Source: Chiloscyllium plagiosum (lineage: Eukaryota). Taken from it: a stretch of 64,000 bases of DNA. The stretch lies in NCBI RefSeq assembly GCF_004010195.1, contig NC_057718.1, positions 102,284,079 to 102,348,078 on the forward strand, written 5' to 3'. Made by a program: the position numbers and the translations under genes. Positions 48,079 through 60,581 of this stretch are shown here, piece by piece; position 1 is the stretch's first letter; each line of letters starts with the position of its first letter. Under the pieces are notes generated by a model, which did not search any database, was not told the DNA's origin, and was given only the letters and a program-made list of their open reading frames with translations.

Positions 48079-48464
48079 TAAACCAGTGTTCATTATCTGC
48101 CATTATCAATTTCCCTCTCTACATTTGTTTACTTGCAAATAGCAAGCAGAAAACTCTGGTACTTTTAGAACTCCATGAGGAAATCCCATGATGACGCAGT
48201 ATTCTGTTGAAATCACTCTCCCTTCCCATTATTTGACACCTATCCCAGTTTTTGCTTCACCCACTGCCTGATTCTGGAACTGTTAGATCTCGTTAGACTC
48301 TTCCTATACAATGTTCGTGTTTGTCTTAAGTAGCCAAGAGACTTCCAAACAGCATCTTCAACAGTGCAAATGATACAAAATGACATAAGCATATCTATGA
48401 CGGAATGACATTCGGATCCACTAGGCATGCTCAGCACATATAATGCTGGACAGTTACCAAGGTG

Positions 48465-48810
48465 AGACAGTGGTGCAGTAGACATGTCACTGAACTATTT
48501 ATACACAGGCCCAGACTATTTGCGCTGGGGACCATGGTAGCCAGTGGAATTTGAATTCAATAAATAAACCTGTAAAATAAAGCTGAACTCAATACTGGTG
48601 ACCTTGAAAATTATCTTCTACTGTAAAAGCCCTTGTGGTTCATCAATGTACTTTATGGAACAAACCCTCACCTACTCTGGCCTCCATGTGACTCCACACC
48701 CACAGCAATCTGGATGAGTAGCCTATCAAACCACTCAGTTCAAGCATAATTAGGAATGGATAACAAATGTTGACCTTGACAGAAGTATGCAGAGCCAATG
48801 AAAGAAATAA
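48465..48810 (+). mobile_element. Older SINE (DeuSINE/SacSINE1-like)
   Basis: Similar to 42105-42410; its tail resembles the 3' end of the LINE at 39400-40810. Confidence 0.55.
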
Positions 48811-48971
48811 AAAAGCTATTACCTTTAACATATTTATACGTTTCTTTGCTAATATTAAAACTTTTGAAGTGAGTCTTTTGAAGCTCATTCCTAAATCCAT
48901 TTCTCCAGCTCGCTCAATATCATCATTGCCTTTATTATTAGACTCCGTGTCTGACATTCAATCCGGTTAAA

Positions 48972-49313
48972 GTTAAAAATCTCACAGCACCAGGTTACAG
49001 TCCAAAAGGTTTATTTGAAAGTACAAACTTTTGGGGTGCTGCTCCTTCATTAGGTAGCTAATGGGGCAGGTATACAGGACACAAAGCTTATAAGTAAAAG
49101 ATCAAAGTGTCATACAGCTGATGCAATGTATTGGACAAACCTAGATTTGACCAATACATCACACCAGTTGTGTGAGACTTTGAGCTTTTACTTATTAATT
49201 CTTTGTCCTATGCACCTGCCCCACTAGCTACTTCGTGAAGGAAACTCGTTCGGAAAACTGGTACTTCCAAATAAACCTATTGGACCATAACCTGGTGTTG
49301 TGAGATTTTTAAC
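48972..49313. repeat. Long inverted repeat of two Penelope pseudo-LTR-type copies
   Basis: gttaaaaatctcacagcaccaggtta... versus ...taacctggtgttgtgagatttttaac; arms ~170 nt; centre caaacctagatttg at ~49136-49149. Confidence 0.85.
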
Positions 49314-50874
49314 TTTCTCCACCCCAGTCCAACACTGGCACCTCCACACCCTTAGATAAAAACCAGGGTACACTGAAGTAACTAGGAGAAAGATTTGTTG
49401 GTGTACACAAACTTACATCAATTCTTCTGGGGCAATGAAAGCAGCACCTCAGAAACAAAGTACTCCCTCGCAGTCTTTTACTTTGCCACAATCTCCAAAC
49501 TGTCACATTTCATTCTATTTCCTTTTCCAACTATTCTTGGGTAGATCTTGTTGAAACATTCAAAAGCCTGAAAGGACTTAATTAGGGTGGGCACTGAAAT
49601 GATGCTCCCTTCCCACGGGATTCTAGAACTAGGAGACACAGTTTAAAAACATTTGGTCCTTGATTAAATGTATTAATGTTTTGACTTGAAAGCCATAAAC
49701 ATTCTCAAATATCAAAAAGTATTTGTGGTAATTTTCTTTACAGCTTTCCCAATGTGCCAGCAATTTGCTGGAAAACTCAGTCTAAGCATACACAGCATGA
49801 ATTTGACATTGGCACGATATGTCCTCATCAAATCAGAGCCTTCTTAGTTAAAGCACACAAATAAAACAGGAATTTCAGCCAGGATTTTCAAGTTTTTTTC
49901 CCCAAATTTTGCTTTAGAAAGGCATATACTCGTATTTTGGATCTTTATTTTCTGGATTTGAGAAGATTCAGAGGCAATCTTGTTGAAATATATAAAATTC
50001 TTGGATGGTTTAACATATGCAATGAAAGGGCTTCCTTGGCCAGAGCACCCAGAGTCACTGACTCAGGATAAGGAGATGGTCATTTCAGACTGTCATGAGA
50101 AGTTTCTTTGCTCAGAAGGTTATGAATCTTTTGAATTATCTATCTCACAAAGTTATGGATGCTGAGTTGATCAGGATATTGAAGGCCAATTATGAGAATC
50201 AGGCAGCAACACCATCCACTTCTTCTCAGCAGCTTGCTTGAATTGCTTTTATATTCCTCCTAGTCAATGAATGTTAACACAAGACAACAGATTCTGTACC
50301 ACTCAATGTCCCTGCGCAAGTATGTTGAACATCGTAGAACAGAAACAATGGAAAAAGTAGCAGCCAGAATTTGCATCATCACATCTGGCGGACTTCCAGC
50401 TCAGATCGATCTGCTCAGCATCAATCTTTGCGATGTATGCAGCATATTGATATGCTGAACCTGTAAATCTGAATAGGTACTCCTTAAAACAAAAAGTATC
50501 CTCATGTGATAACCAACCTTAGGATTTGTAAAAATTAAACATGCCTGAAAAAAGTGTGACTTAAAATTAATAAATGATAGTGCATCCAACCTGCTTCACC
50601 CCCAATGGATGAAGGAATAAGCCCTGAACTCGTGATTTTGAAAAAAGACACAATGGCAGGCGCTTTATTTTGTTTCAAAGCATAATTTGAATGTAATATT
50701 AAAATTGCCATTCTGGACAGCTAAAAGAGGAATTATACTGAGGTTTCTACAAACAGGTCACATGCCTACACTGTCTTTTTGTGCTCCAGTAACTCTGATT
50801 AAGGAAGGACCTACAGAAGAATTTAAATCGCTCTCCACGTGAGACAGAGAGAGAGAGATCCCTTAAAGACCATA

Positions 50875-52482
50875 GAGTTGCCTTTGTGTTGAACTTCAGG
50901 AGATGGGAGAGATATTAAATTAATGTTTTGCATCAGCTTTTACTACAGAGAAAAAAATTGAGGCTGGAGAACTCAGGGACATAAATATTTATACTTTGAA
51001 AACAGTTCACATTACAGAAGAGGAAGTCCTAGAGGTCTTAGAAAACACAAAAGGTGGATAAATCTCCAGGACCTAATCAAGTGTATCCCAGGACGTTGTG
51101 AAAAGTTAAGGAGGAAATTGCGGGGCTCCTAGCAGAAAATTCATATTCATATCATCTATAACCAGAAGACTGGAGGGTGGCTAAAGTTGTGCCTTTATTT
51201 AAGAAAGGATGTAATGAGAATCCTGGGAACTACAGACCTGAGAGTCAGTAGTGAGTCAGTTGTTGTTGTTGATTCTGAAGATGGGATTTCTATGCATTTA
51301 GAGGGGCAAGGAATGATTAGGGATAGTCAGCATAGTTTTGTGCAAGGGATATTGTGTCTCACAAACTTGATTGAGTTTTTTCAGGAAGTAACCAAAACGA
51401 TTGAGGGCAGAACAGTAGATGTTGTTTACTTGGACTTTAGTAAAGCCTTTGATAAGATTTTGCATGGTAAACTAATTAGCAAAGTTAGATTGCATGGGAT
51501 TCAGGGTGAGCTTGCAAATGGATACAAAATTCGCTTTATGGTAGCAGAGGGTGGTGGTGGAAGGTTTTTTTTTGGACTGGAGGCCTGTGATGAGACATGT
51601 TCCACAGGGATTGGTACTGAGTCCACTATTGTCTGTCATTTATGTAAATGATTTGAATGAGAATATAGGAGGCATGGCTTGTTAGTTTACGGGTGACAGC
51701 AAAATTGGTGGGATAGTGGACAGTGCAGGCAGTTATCAAAAATTACAAAGAGATCATGATCAATGGAATGAGATGTCAGAGGAAGTGGTGGAGGCTGGTA
51801 CCCAAGGGGCAACTTTTTCACACAGAGGGTGGTACGTGTAAGGAATGAGCTGCCAGAGGAAGTGGTGGAGGCTGGTACAATTGCAACATTTAAAAGGCAT
51901 ATGGATGGGTATACAAATAGGAAGGGTTTGGAGGGATATGGGCCGGGATACCTGGTCAGCATGAACGGGTTGGACCAAAGGGTCTGTTTCCGTGCTGTAC
52001 ATCTTTATGACTCTAATTGGATCAAGGGGCTAAGAAGTGGGCGATAGAAGTTAACTTGGATAAATACAAGGGGTTGCATTTTGGCAAAACAAACAAGGGC
52101 AGGACTTTTACAATTAAAGGTAGACCCCTGGATGGTGTTGCAGAACAGAAATACCTAAGGGTTCAAGTTCAAATTCTTTGATTTGCAGCAGCAGTCTGAA
52201 AGCTAATGCTTCCAAATAAACCTGTTGAAGTATAACCTTTGAATCACGGTAGGCAGAGTGATTAAGAAGGCATTTTGCACACATAGCTTTCATTGCTCAG
52301 ACCTTTTGAGTATAGGAGTTGGGGTGTCATGTTGAGGTTGTACAGGACATTGGTGAGGCCTCTTCTGGAGAACTATGTGCAGTTCTGGTTGCCCTGTTTA
52401 TAGAAAGGAGATTATTAAACTGGAGACAGTACAGAAAAGATTTACCAAGGTGTCGCCAAGAATGGAGCGTCTGAGGCTGGAT
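50875..52482 (+). mobile_element. CR1 LINE RT fragment with a nested CR1 tail at ~51765-52012
   Basis: SQHSFVQGILCLTNLIEFF...VDVVYLDFSKAFDKILHGKL. Confidence 0.88.
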
Positions 52483-52484
52483 AG

Positions 52485-53935
52485 AGTCAGAGATGTACAG
52501 CACGGAAACAGACCCTTCGGTCCAACCCATCCATGCTGACTAGATATCCTAAATTAATCTAGTCCCACCTGCCAGCACCCGGCCCATATCCCTCAAAACC
52601 CTTCCTATTCATATACCCATCCAAATGCCTCTTCAATGTGCCAATTGTACCAGCCTCCATCACTTCCTCTGGCAGCTCATTCCATACACGTATCACCCTC
52701 TGTGTGAAAAAGTTGCCCCTTGGGTCTCTTTTATATCATTTCCCTCTCACCTTAAACCTATGCCCTCTAGTTCTGGACTCCCCAAACCCAGGGAAAAGAC
52801 TTTGTCTATTTATCCTATCCATTCCCCTCATAATTTTGTAAACCTCTATAAGGTCACCCCTCAGCCTCCAACGCTCCAGGGAAAACAGCCCCAGTCTGTT
52901 CAGCCTCTCCCTATACCTCAAATCCCCCAACCCTGGCAACATCCTTGTAAATCTTTTCTGAACCCTTTCAAGTTTCACAACANNNNNNNNNNNNNNNNNN
53001 NNNNNNNNNNNNNNNNNNNNNNNNNNNNNNNNNNNNNNNNNNNNNNNNNNNNNNNNNNNNNNNNNNNNNNNNNNNNNNNNNNNNNNNNNNNNNNNNNNNN
53101 NNTACACCTGATCAGGTCCTGGGGATTTATCCACTTTTATGCATTTCAAGACATCCAGCACTTCCTCCTCTCTAATTTGGACAGTTTGCAAGGTGTTACT
53201 ATCTATTTCCCTACAGTCTATATCTTCCATATCCTTTCCACAGTAAATACTGATGCAAAATACTCGTTTAGTATCTCCCCCATTTTCTGTGGCTCCACAA
53301 AAAGGCCACCTTGCTGATCTTTGAGGGGCCCTATTTTCTCCTAGTTACCCTTTTGTCCTTAATGTATCTGTAAAGACCCTTTGGATTCTCCTTACTTCTA
53401 TTTGCCAAAGCTATCTCATGTCCCCTTTTTGCCCTCCTGATCTCCCTCTTAAGTATATTCCTACTGCCTTTATACTCTTCTAAGGATTCACTCGATCTAT
53501 CCTGTCTACACCTTACACACGCTTCCTTCTTTTTCTTAACCAAACCCTCAATTTCTTTAGTCATCCAGCGTTCCCTATATCTACCAGCCTTTCCTTTCAC
53601 CCTGACAGGAATATACTTTCTCTGGATTTTAGTTATCTCATCTCATTTCTGAAGGCTTCCCATTTTTCAGCCGTACCTTTACCTGCGAACATCTACCCCC
53701 AATCAGTTTTTGAAAGTTCTTGCCTAATACCATCAAAATTTGCCTTTCTCCAATTTAGAACATCAACTTTTAGATCTGGTCTATCCTTTAAATTTTAAAT
53801 CTAATAGAATTATGGTCGCTGGCCCCAAAGTGCTCTCCCACTGACACCTCAGTCACCTGCCCTGCCTTATTTCCCAACAGTAAGTGTAAAACTTGACCTT
53901 CTCGAGTAGGTACATCCACAGACTGAATCAGAAAA
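52485..53935 (-). mobile_element. Young CR1 LINE spanning the assembly gap
   Basis: 3' end VVKLERVQKRFTRMLPG (52736-52982); upstream ORF2 KENPKGLYRYIKDK and DKSPGPD (53103-53600). Confidence 0.9.
52983..53102. other. Assembly gap (120 N)
   Basis: Run of N. Confidence 1.
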
Positions 53936-54300
53936 CTGGGACTTTTTTCACTGATGCGGAGGTTGAGGGGTGACCTTATACAGATTCATAAAATCATGAG
54001 GGATGCAGATAAGGTGAATAGCAGAGGTCTTTTCCCTAAGGTGGGTAGATTTCAAAACTAGGAGGCAAATTTTAAGATGAGAGCATAAAAATTTAAAAAG
54101 GACATGGGGGCAACTTTTTTTTTCCAGAGAATAGTTAGCGTGTGGAATGCACTGCCGGAAGTAGTGGCAGATGTAGGTACAGTTACATTAAAAAGACATT
54201 TGGATTAGTACATGAATAGGAAGGGTTTGAAGGGATATGGGTCAAACGCAGGCAGGTTTGGGAACTTGGTTGGCATGGACTAGTTTAATCAAAGATTTTG
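53936..54300 (+). mobile_element. CR1 LINE 3' fragment
   Basis: ggaggttgaggggtgaccttata...gtggaatgcactgcc...atgaataggaaggg. Confidence 0.85.
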
Positions 54301-55987
54301 TTTCTTTGACAAAGCTTCTTTCCATCAAAATTCTTGCACTGATTGCCCACTGGCAACCAAACCTACCCTTCCTCATTATGTCACTTTAACGCTCTCCTTC
54401 TTAGCTCAATCAGACAACAGAATGATAACTCTCACTCCTGACTTTCAATCTTGGCTCTGCCTCTCCATGTTTACTCAGCTGGTTCTGCATCAGCCAGAAT
54501 TAATTTTAAGATGATGTAAGATGCGTTAATAACTAGAAAATTCAAGTTTATAAGGAAAAAGCTCATAAGATGTTATATTCTATCCATTCTCCTGTCTGTC
54601 TCAGAAATCTGGACAATGAATAAAGATTGCTAGAAGAAATAAGAGGCCCTATAAAATAATAAGACATCTGCTAAAAAAAACTCCCACATACTGACCAGAA
54701 GATAAGTGAAGAGGTACTTGAATTTCTAAGCACACAAAGAACTCTTAAAAAGTGGCATCCAGAAATGAAAATGTCAGTATATCAACAATGTTATCATAGA
54801 CGTTAAACTACAGAGACCTCCTAAAGGGCAAAGTGGAGGGTGGCAGATAGTGGTATAATCGACATCACTGTGGTCACAGGTGAGCTTCAGTGAATGAGAG
54901 AGGTTGGCACAAGACAGATGAATGTGACATACCATGACAACAGATCGCCGAACAGAAGTGGCTACAACAGCAATATCTAACACGCTGGCTCCCTTCAATT
55001 TAAAATCTGCCACAATTCAAATTTGTTAGAATGAAGGTCTGCCATTCAAATATCACAGATTTGGTGGAGCAAGAAGACAGCTTACAAGGAATAGGGAAGA
55101 GACCTCAAATGTGTGTTCTTCCTCCAGTTTGTAGTTTACTTTTCAAATGCAATAAAGACAATGATAAACAAAATACAGTCATGTTTCCAGATTGAGGCAG
55201 AGCTTTGGATTGTTTTTCTTCTAATGCAACAGGGTCAGAGACAGCCGACAGAAACATTCTGCACCAGTTCCTGCATGTGATATTTGAATACATCTCACTC
55301 TTCAGACTTCACGCGAGATATCTATGCTGATTTATCCTGCAGAGGACATACAGAAAGAGAGGGAGTTTCAACTGGTCAGTTATCAGAGTGCCGAAGTATG
55401 AAAAATTCCCGGTAGCAGCCTCTCCACCTCACCACAGGTTTAATAGCCAAGATAGCAACTCATTCTCCAAACTCCAGACTTCACTCTAAACTTCTGTAGA
55501 TGCTGCTATCTGGTCAGTCAAGCAAAGCAGTCACCATCCACATACAAAGGTTACTACTACTGCTAATGCTGCAAATATTAGGTTCTCATCTGGCTTGTAA
55601 GAATACAGAATGTTACATTGCGATCTTATGGTGCACTTCAAACATTTCTCAAAGATTTCACAATGAGCATAAGTAAAATATGTTCCTTAAAATATTTATC
55701 CATGAAGGGTTGCATTCTCTGAGCAGAAAGTGTAGCTTGTGGTTCAGCAAAACCCAAGTTATCTCATCCTGTTTAACCACAAAATAGTTAGCGATATTCA
55801 ACAGTCACCAATGCAAACATCTGTTTAAGCAGTTTTCACATTAGACTGAAACATCCACATCATGAGAGATCTAACATATTGTAATTGTCATCGAAGTGCC
55901 AGTTCATGGGTGTGCATTGTCTTTCCGATCACAGCAACAGTGGGTGGCTTGGTTGTTGGAGCTCAGATTAAACCAATCTTTGATGTT

Positions 55988-56580
55988 TGTTATGGACTGG
56001 GCCAGATCCCCTCAAAACATTTCAAGAAGGTAGCCCAGACCCTAACTTTGTTACTTGTTTTAAGCAAGTGAACAGTGGATATTCCAGGAGAGAATCAGCT
56101 GGTCAAACTACTTAGTTTTAGACAAAACAGAATTTATTTACAAGATTACTGAACGAAACACAAAGAACAGAAAATAGAATACAGAATAACCTATCCTATC
56201 TGAAAACCAACAAGCTTCCAAAATACTTGCAACAGAGTGAGAAAGACAGAGAGGAGAGCAGAGACAGGGAAGAGAGGAAGAGAGGAGGTGACAGTAAGAG
56301 AGAGAGAGAAGCAGATTTTCTACACACACACACACACACACGCGCGCGCGAAAACCAAACCAGAGAAGAACTGAGCTGGGAGAATTGGCTCCCCACTTTT
56401 CATTATACAAGTTTTTTTTAAACTTGAAAGCTTTCTGCCTGCAGCAGTATCTGTTAACTATTATCAAACTGACCCTAAAACCCATCCTAACTCAGACTTT
56501 TCAGAACCTGTGTTTTTATGACCACCTGAAGAAAAAAACCAAGGACAGCATAACCTTATTAAAGACACAGCTTCATCACA
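55988..56580. mobile_element. Solo LTR related to the Gypsy LTRs at 3619 and 8520
   Basis: TG...CA ends; starts tgttatggactgggccaga like the other LTRs; perfect 4-bp TSD TGTT (55984-55987 / 56581-56584); internal GA/CA microsatellite. Confidence 0.85.
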
Positions 56581-58074
56581 TGTTGTCTAGAGGCTTCCAT
56601 CACTTTCAGCTGCTTTATCTTTATCAGTTAATTCTTTTCGTATTGATTAAACACGGCAACACTTCTGCATGGATAACATGCCTGAAGAGCTCCATCGCCT
56701 TCTCTTGACAATTTCGGAGTTCACTTGTTCTTTTTGCCTTATTCACTACCTTGTTAGTTCACTTCTCCATCCAAGTTACCCTCATAATCCTTTAGCACCA
56801 TATTTTAAGGCTGTCCCACACATTGGTAATCTACTGAAATTCAAACCAGAATCACCCAGTATCCAAGACATTTATTCATCAAGTCCCTAACTATCAACAT
56901 TCTAGGTGACACTACTGAACAAGATCAACTTGGCAAGAGGAGGTTTACACACGAGCAGCATTTAATTGCCTAATTCTTTGGAGCCTCTACACAACCTACA
57001 TAGCTCATGTTAAGACTATGATACAACACTCAACAAGATGCAACTTCAACAACAATTAAGGGGTTCAATGCCATTCAGGACATGGGAGGTTGCTTTGATT
57101 GACACTTATGCTATTAAACTCAATTTGCTTTCTAGCTTTGGCATGCTGTGCTTGCTGTATGCACAACCTGCAGAAACTAACAAGCCTCACTTTAACACCA
57201 GCTCTCAATCCTACATGGGCAAAGAACTATATGGTCACAGAAACATCATTACCTATTAACCTCAAAGGCACACACCTGCCAGACTTGGATGTATATTATT
57301 CCTTCACTATTGTAAGGAAAAATGCTGAAATTCTCTCCTCTAATACCACAGTACAAAAATGAAAGACCATGCTAGCTTAAAAGCTAACACTTGCCGCCAC
57401 CTTCTTGAGGCAATGAGCTGTTGACAAATATGCAACCTTTGCAGCATAATTTATATCGAGAATAAGGCAAAACTATTCCACGAGTTTGCATTTTCATCAA
57501 GTGATTGGCTGCTTTCCACTGGATTAAAATCAAAAGATGCCTTCATTGATAAGTAATAACAAAGGCAACTGCAAATGGAAAAATACACCACGGAGCAGAT
57601 AAAGACCTCATAAATTTAGAATTTATACCATTTCTGTCTGAGAGCAGCAAGGAAGTAATAATAACAGAACCTTCTAAACAAGTGGGCAAAGAAAGGCTTT
57701 CGCAAATAGTTAGTCTTCAAAGGCAGTGAGTTGTGAGAGCCTTCACTAGCACAAGAGATGTTGGAGGACAGTTGTAAACCATCCTGCTACAGTGAAGTAA
57801 GATAACCTACTGATGAGAAAAGCATGGTGTGTTCTTTATGTTTGATGCCTATTTGAAAATAAATTGTGCAGACAGAATTGAGTAAGTTAGTTCAATGATA
57901 ACAGTTATTTTATTATGATGGTATGACAGTGAAAGGAAGCATCTGGCCCCAATTAAATACATCCTGGATTCATATTAGCAAGATTGAATCACAGAATGGC
58001 ACAGGACAAAAAGCAGTTACTCAGCCAACTGAATCTGCATTATATTAATTAAACATGAATTAAAAGACAGCTGA

Positions 58075-60580
58075 CATTTGGACTTGGGTGAAGGAACTGA
58101 AAGCATTGTTGCAAAGTTGGCAGATGACCCAAAGATAGGTGGCGGGATAGGTAATGCTGAGGAAGCGGAGAGATTGCAGAACATGAACAAGTTAGGAGAG
58201 TTGGCCAAAAAAGTGGCAGATGGAAACAATGTGGGCAAGTGAGAGCTTCCGCGCTTCGGTTAAAGAATAGAGGTGTACACTATTTTCTAAAAGGGAAAGG
58301 CTTCAGAAACCTGAACATAACTTAAAAACTAGGAGCAGGAGTAGGCCATCCAGCCCCTCAAGTCTGCTTTGTCACTCAATAAGATCATGACTGATCTTTT
58401 CATGGCCTCAATTCCACTCCTTTACTGTTCCAAAAATTCTCTCTATTAGCATTAAAAAGATTTACTGAGGAAGCCTCAACCACTTCACTGGGCAGAGAAT
58501 TCCACAGATTCACAACCCTCTGGGCAAAAAAGTTCCTTCTCAATTCAGTGGTGAATCTGATCCCCCTAATTTTGATGCTATGCCCTCGTGTCCTAGTTTC
58601 ACCCACCAGTGGAAACATCCTCTCTACTCCTAACTTATCTATTCCCTTCATAATTTTATATGTTTCTATAAGATTCATCCCCCCCCCCCATTCTTCTAAA
58701 TCCCAAAGACTATAATTCCAATCTACTCAGTCTCTCCTCATAAACCAACCCCCTCAACTCCAGAATCAACCTAATGAACCTCCTCTGCACCCCCTCTAGT
58801 GCCAGTATATCCTCTCAAATAAGGAGACCAAAACTGTACACAGTACTCCAGGTGTGGCCTCACCAGCACCCTATACAGCTGTAACATAACCTCTCTACTT
58901 TTAAACTCAATCCCTTTAGCAATGAAGGTCAAAATTCCATTTGCCTTCCTAATTACCTGTTGCATCTGTAGACACCCAGGTCCCACTGTACAGTATTCAA
59001 GTAATAGTCCTTTTTATTGTTATTCCGACTGAAATGGATGACTTCACATTAATTAACATTGTACTCCATCTGCCAGACCTTTGCCCACTCACAAACTATG
59101 TCCTTTTGCAAAGTTTCACAGTCCACTGCACACTTTGCTCAACCACTCATCTTAGTGTCATCCGCAAACTTTCACAAACCACACATGGTCCACAACTCCA
59201 AATCATCTATGTAAATTGTGAATAATTGTGGTCCCAACACTAATCCCTGAGGCACACCACTGGTCACTGATTGCCAATCAGAACAGCACTCATTTATTCC
59301 CACTTTTTGCTTCCTGTTGGTTAATGAATCCTCTAACCATGCTAATGGATTGCCAGTAACGCCTTGCATCTTTAACTTATAAAGCAGCCTTTTGTGTGGA
59401 ACCTTGTCAAGTGTATTTTGGAAATCTAGATGATACACCACATCTACTGGGTGCCACGGTACATTACATTTGCACTGTCTTCAGACAATTCCAAAACATT
59501 AGTTCAGCATTATTTGCCCTTCATGAATCCATGCTGCGTCTGCCCAACAGAACAATTTCCATCCAGATGCCTTGCTATTTCTTCCTTGATAATAGACTCA
59601 AGCATTTTCCCCAGTACAGAGGTTAAGCTAACTGGTTTATAATTCCCCATATTTTGTCTACCTCTTTTTTAAACAGTGGCATCACATTTGCTATTTTTCA
59701 GCTTGCTGGAACAGCCCCAGAGTCCAGAGAATTTTGGAAAATTACCACAATTGCAATTTCTCCTGCCATCTCTTTCAGCACCTTGGCATGCATTCCATTA
59801 GGGCCAGAAGACTTGTCTATCCCTAGCTCCATTAGCTTGTCCAAAACTACCTCTTTTGTGATAATGATTGGTTCCAGGTCTTCATCTACCATCATCTCTT
59901 TGTCAAGGGCATGTTATTCATGTCCTCCACTGTAAAGACAGACACATGATACCTATTCAATGCCGCAGCCATTTCCTCATAGCCCATTACTATATCTCCC
60001 TTCTCATCCTGAAGCACAGAAGAGACTTGGGAGTCCTAGTTCAGACTGTCTTAGGTTAACATGTAGGTTCAGTTGGCACTTAGAAAGGCAAATGCAACAT
60101 TCGCATTCATTTCAAGAGGACTAGAATATCACAGCAGAGATGCATTGCTGAGGCTGTACAAGACTCTGGCCAGACCACATTTGGAATATTGAGAGTAGTT
60201 TTGGGCCCTGTAAGGAAATGCTGGCATTGGAGGAGGTCCAGAGGAGATTTACAAGAATGATCCTGATACTGAATGGCTAGTCATACAAGGAGTGGTTGAA
60301 GACTCTGGAGTTAATGGAGTTTAGAAGGAATGGGGGGTAGGGAATCTCATTGAAACTTACAGAATACGGAGGGGCCTGGATAGAGTGGGCATGGAGAAGA
60401 TGTTTCCACAGTAGGAGATACTAGGATGTGAGAACACAGCTTCAGAGTGAGGAGGAATTTCTTCAGCCAGACAACGGTTAATCTGTGGAACTCATTGCCA
60501 CTGTAGGTTGTGGAGGCCACATCACTGTGTGTATTTAAGAAAACAGGTTCTTGATTAGTGAGGGGATCAAGGATTACAGG
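58075..60580 (+). mobile_element. Host CR1 LINE fragment (58075-58315 plus 60008-60580)
   Basis: The two pieces are collinear CR1 ORF2 sequence (aagttggcagatgac...ctgaa|gcacagaagagacttgggagtcc...). Confidence 0.8.
58316..60007 (-). mobile_element. CR1 LINE (RT and 3' end) nested in an opposite-strand CR1
   Basis: [54 protein letters not shown]; flanked by cctgaa at 58310-58315 / 60008-60013. Confidence 0.9.
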
Positions 60581-60581
60581 C

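Noticed and set aside
50290..50470. Exon-like minus-strand segment after tttacag
   Set aside because: The open frame ends in a stop and has no similarity I recognise to APLF or another protein.
52625..53317. Longest ORFs in the track (230 aa and 164 aa)
   Set aside because: They read through the N gap and are sense/antisense CR1 sequence.
55100..55360. Strong-looking minus-strand splice acceptor (tctttctgtatgtcctctgcag) as a missing APLF exon
   Set aside because: All three frames hit stops within about 30 nt, and there is no Ku-binding motif.
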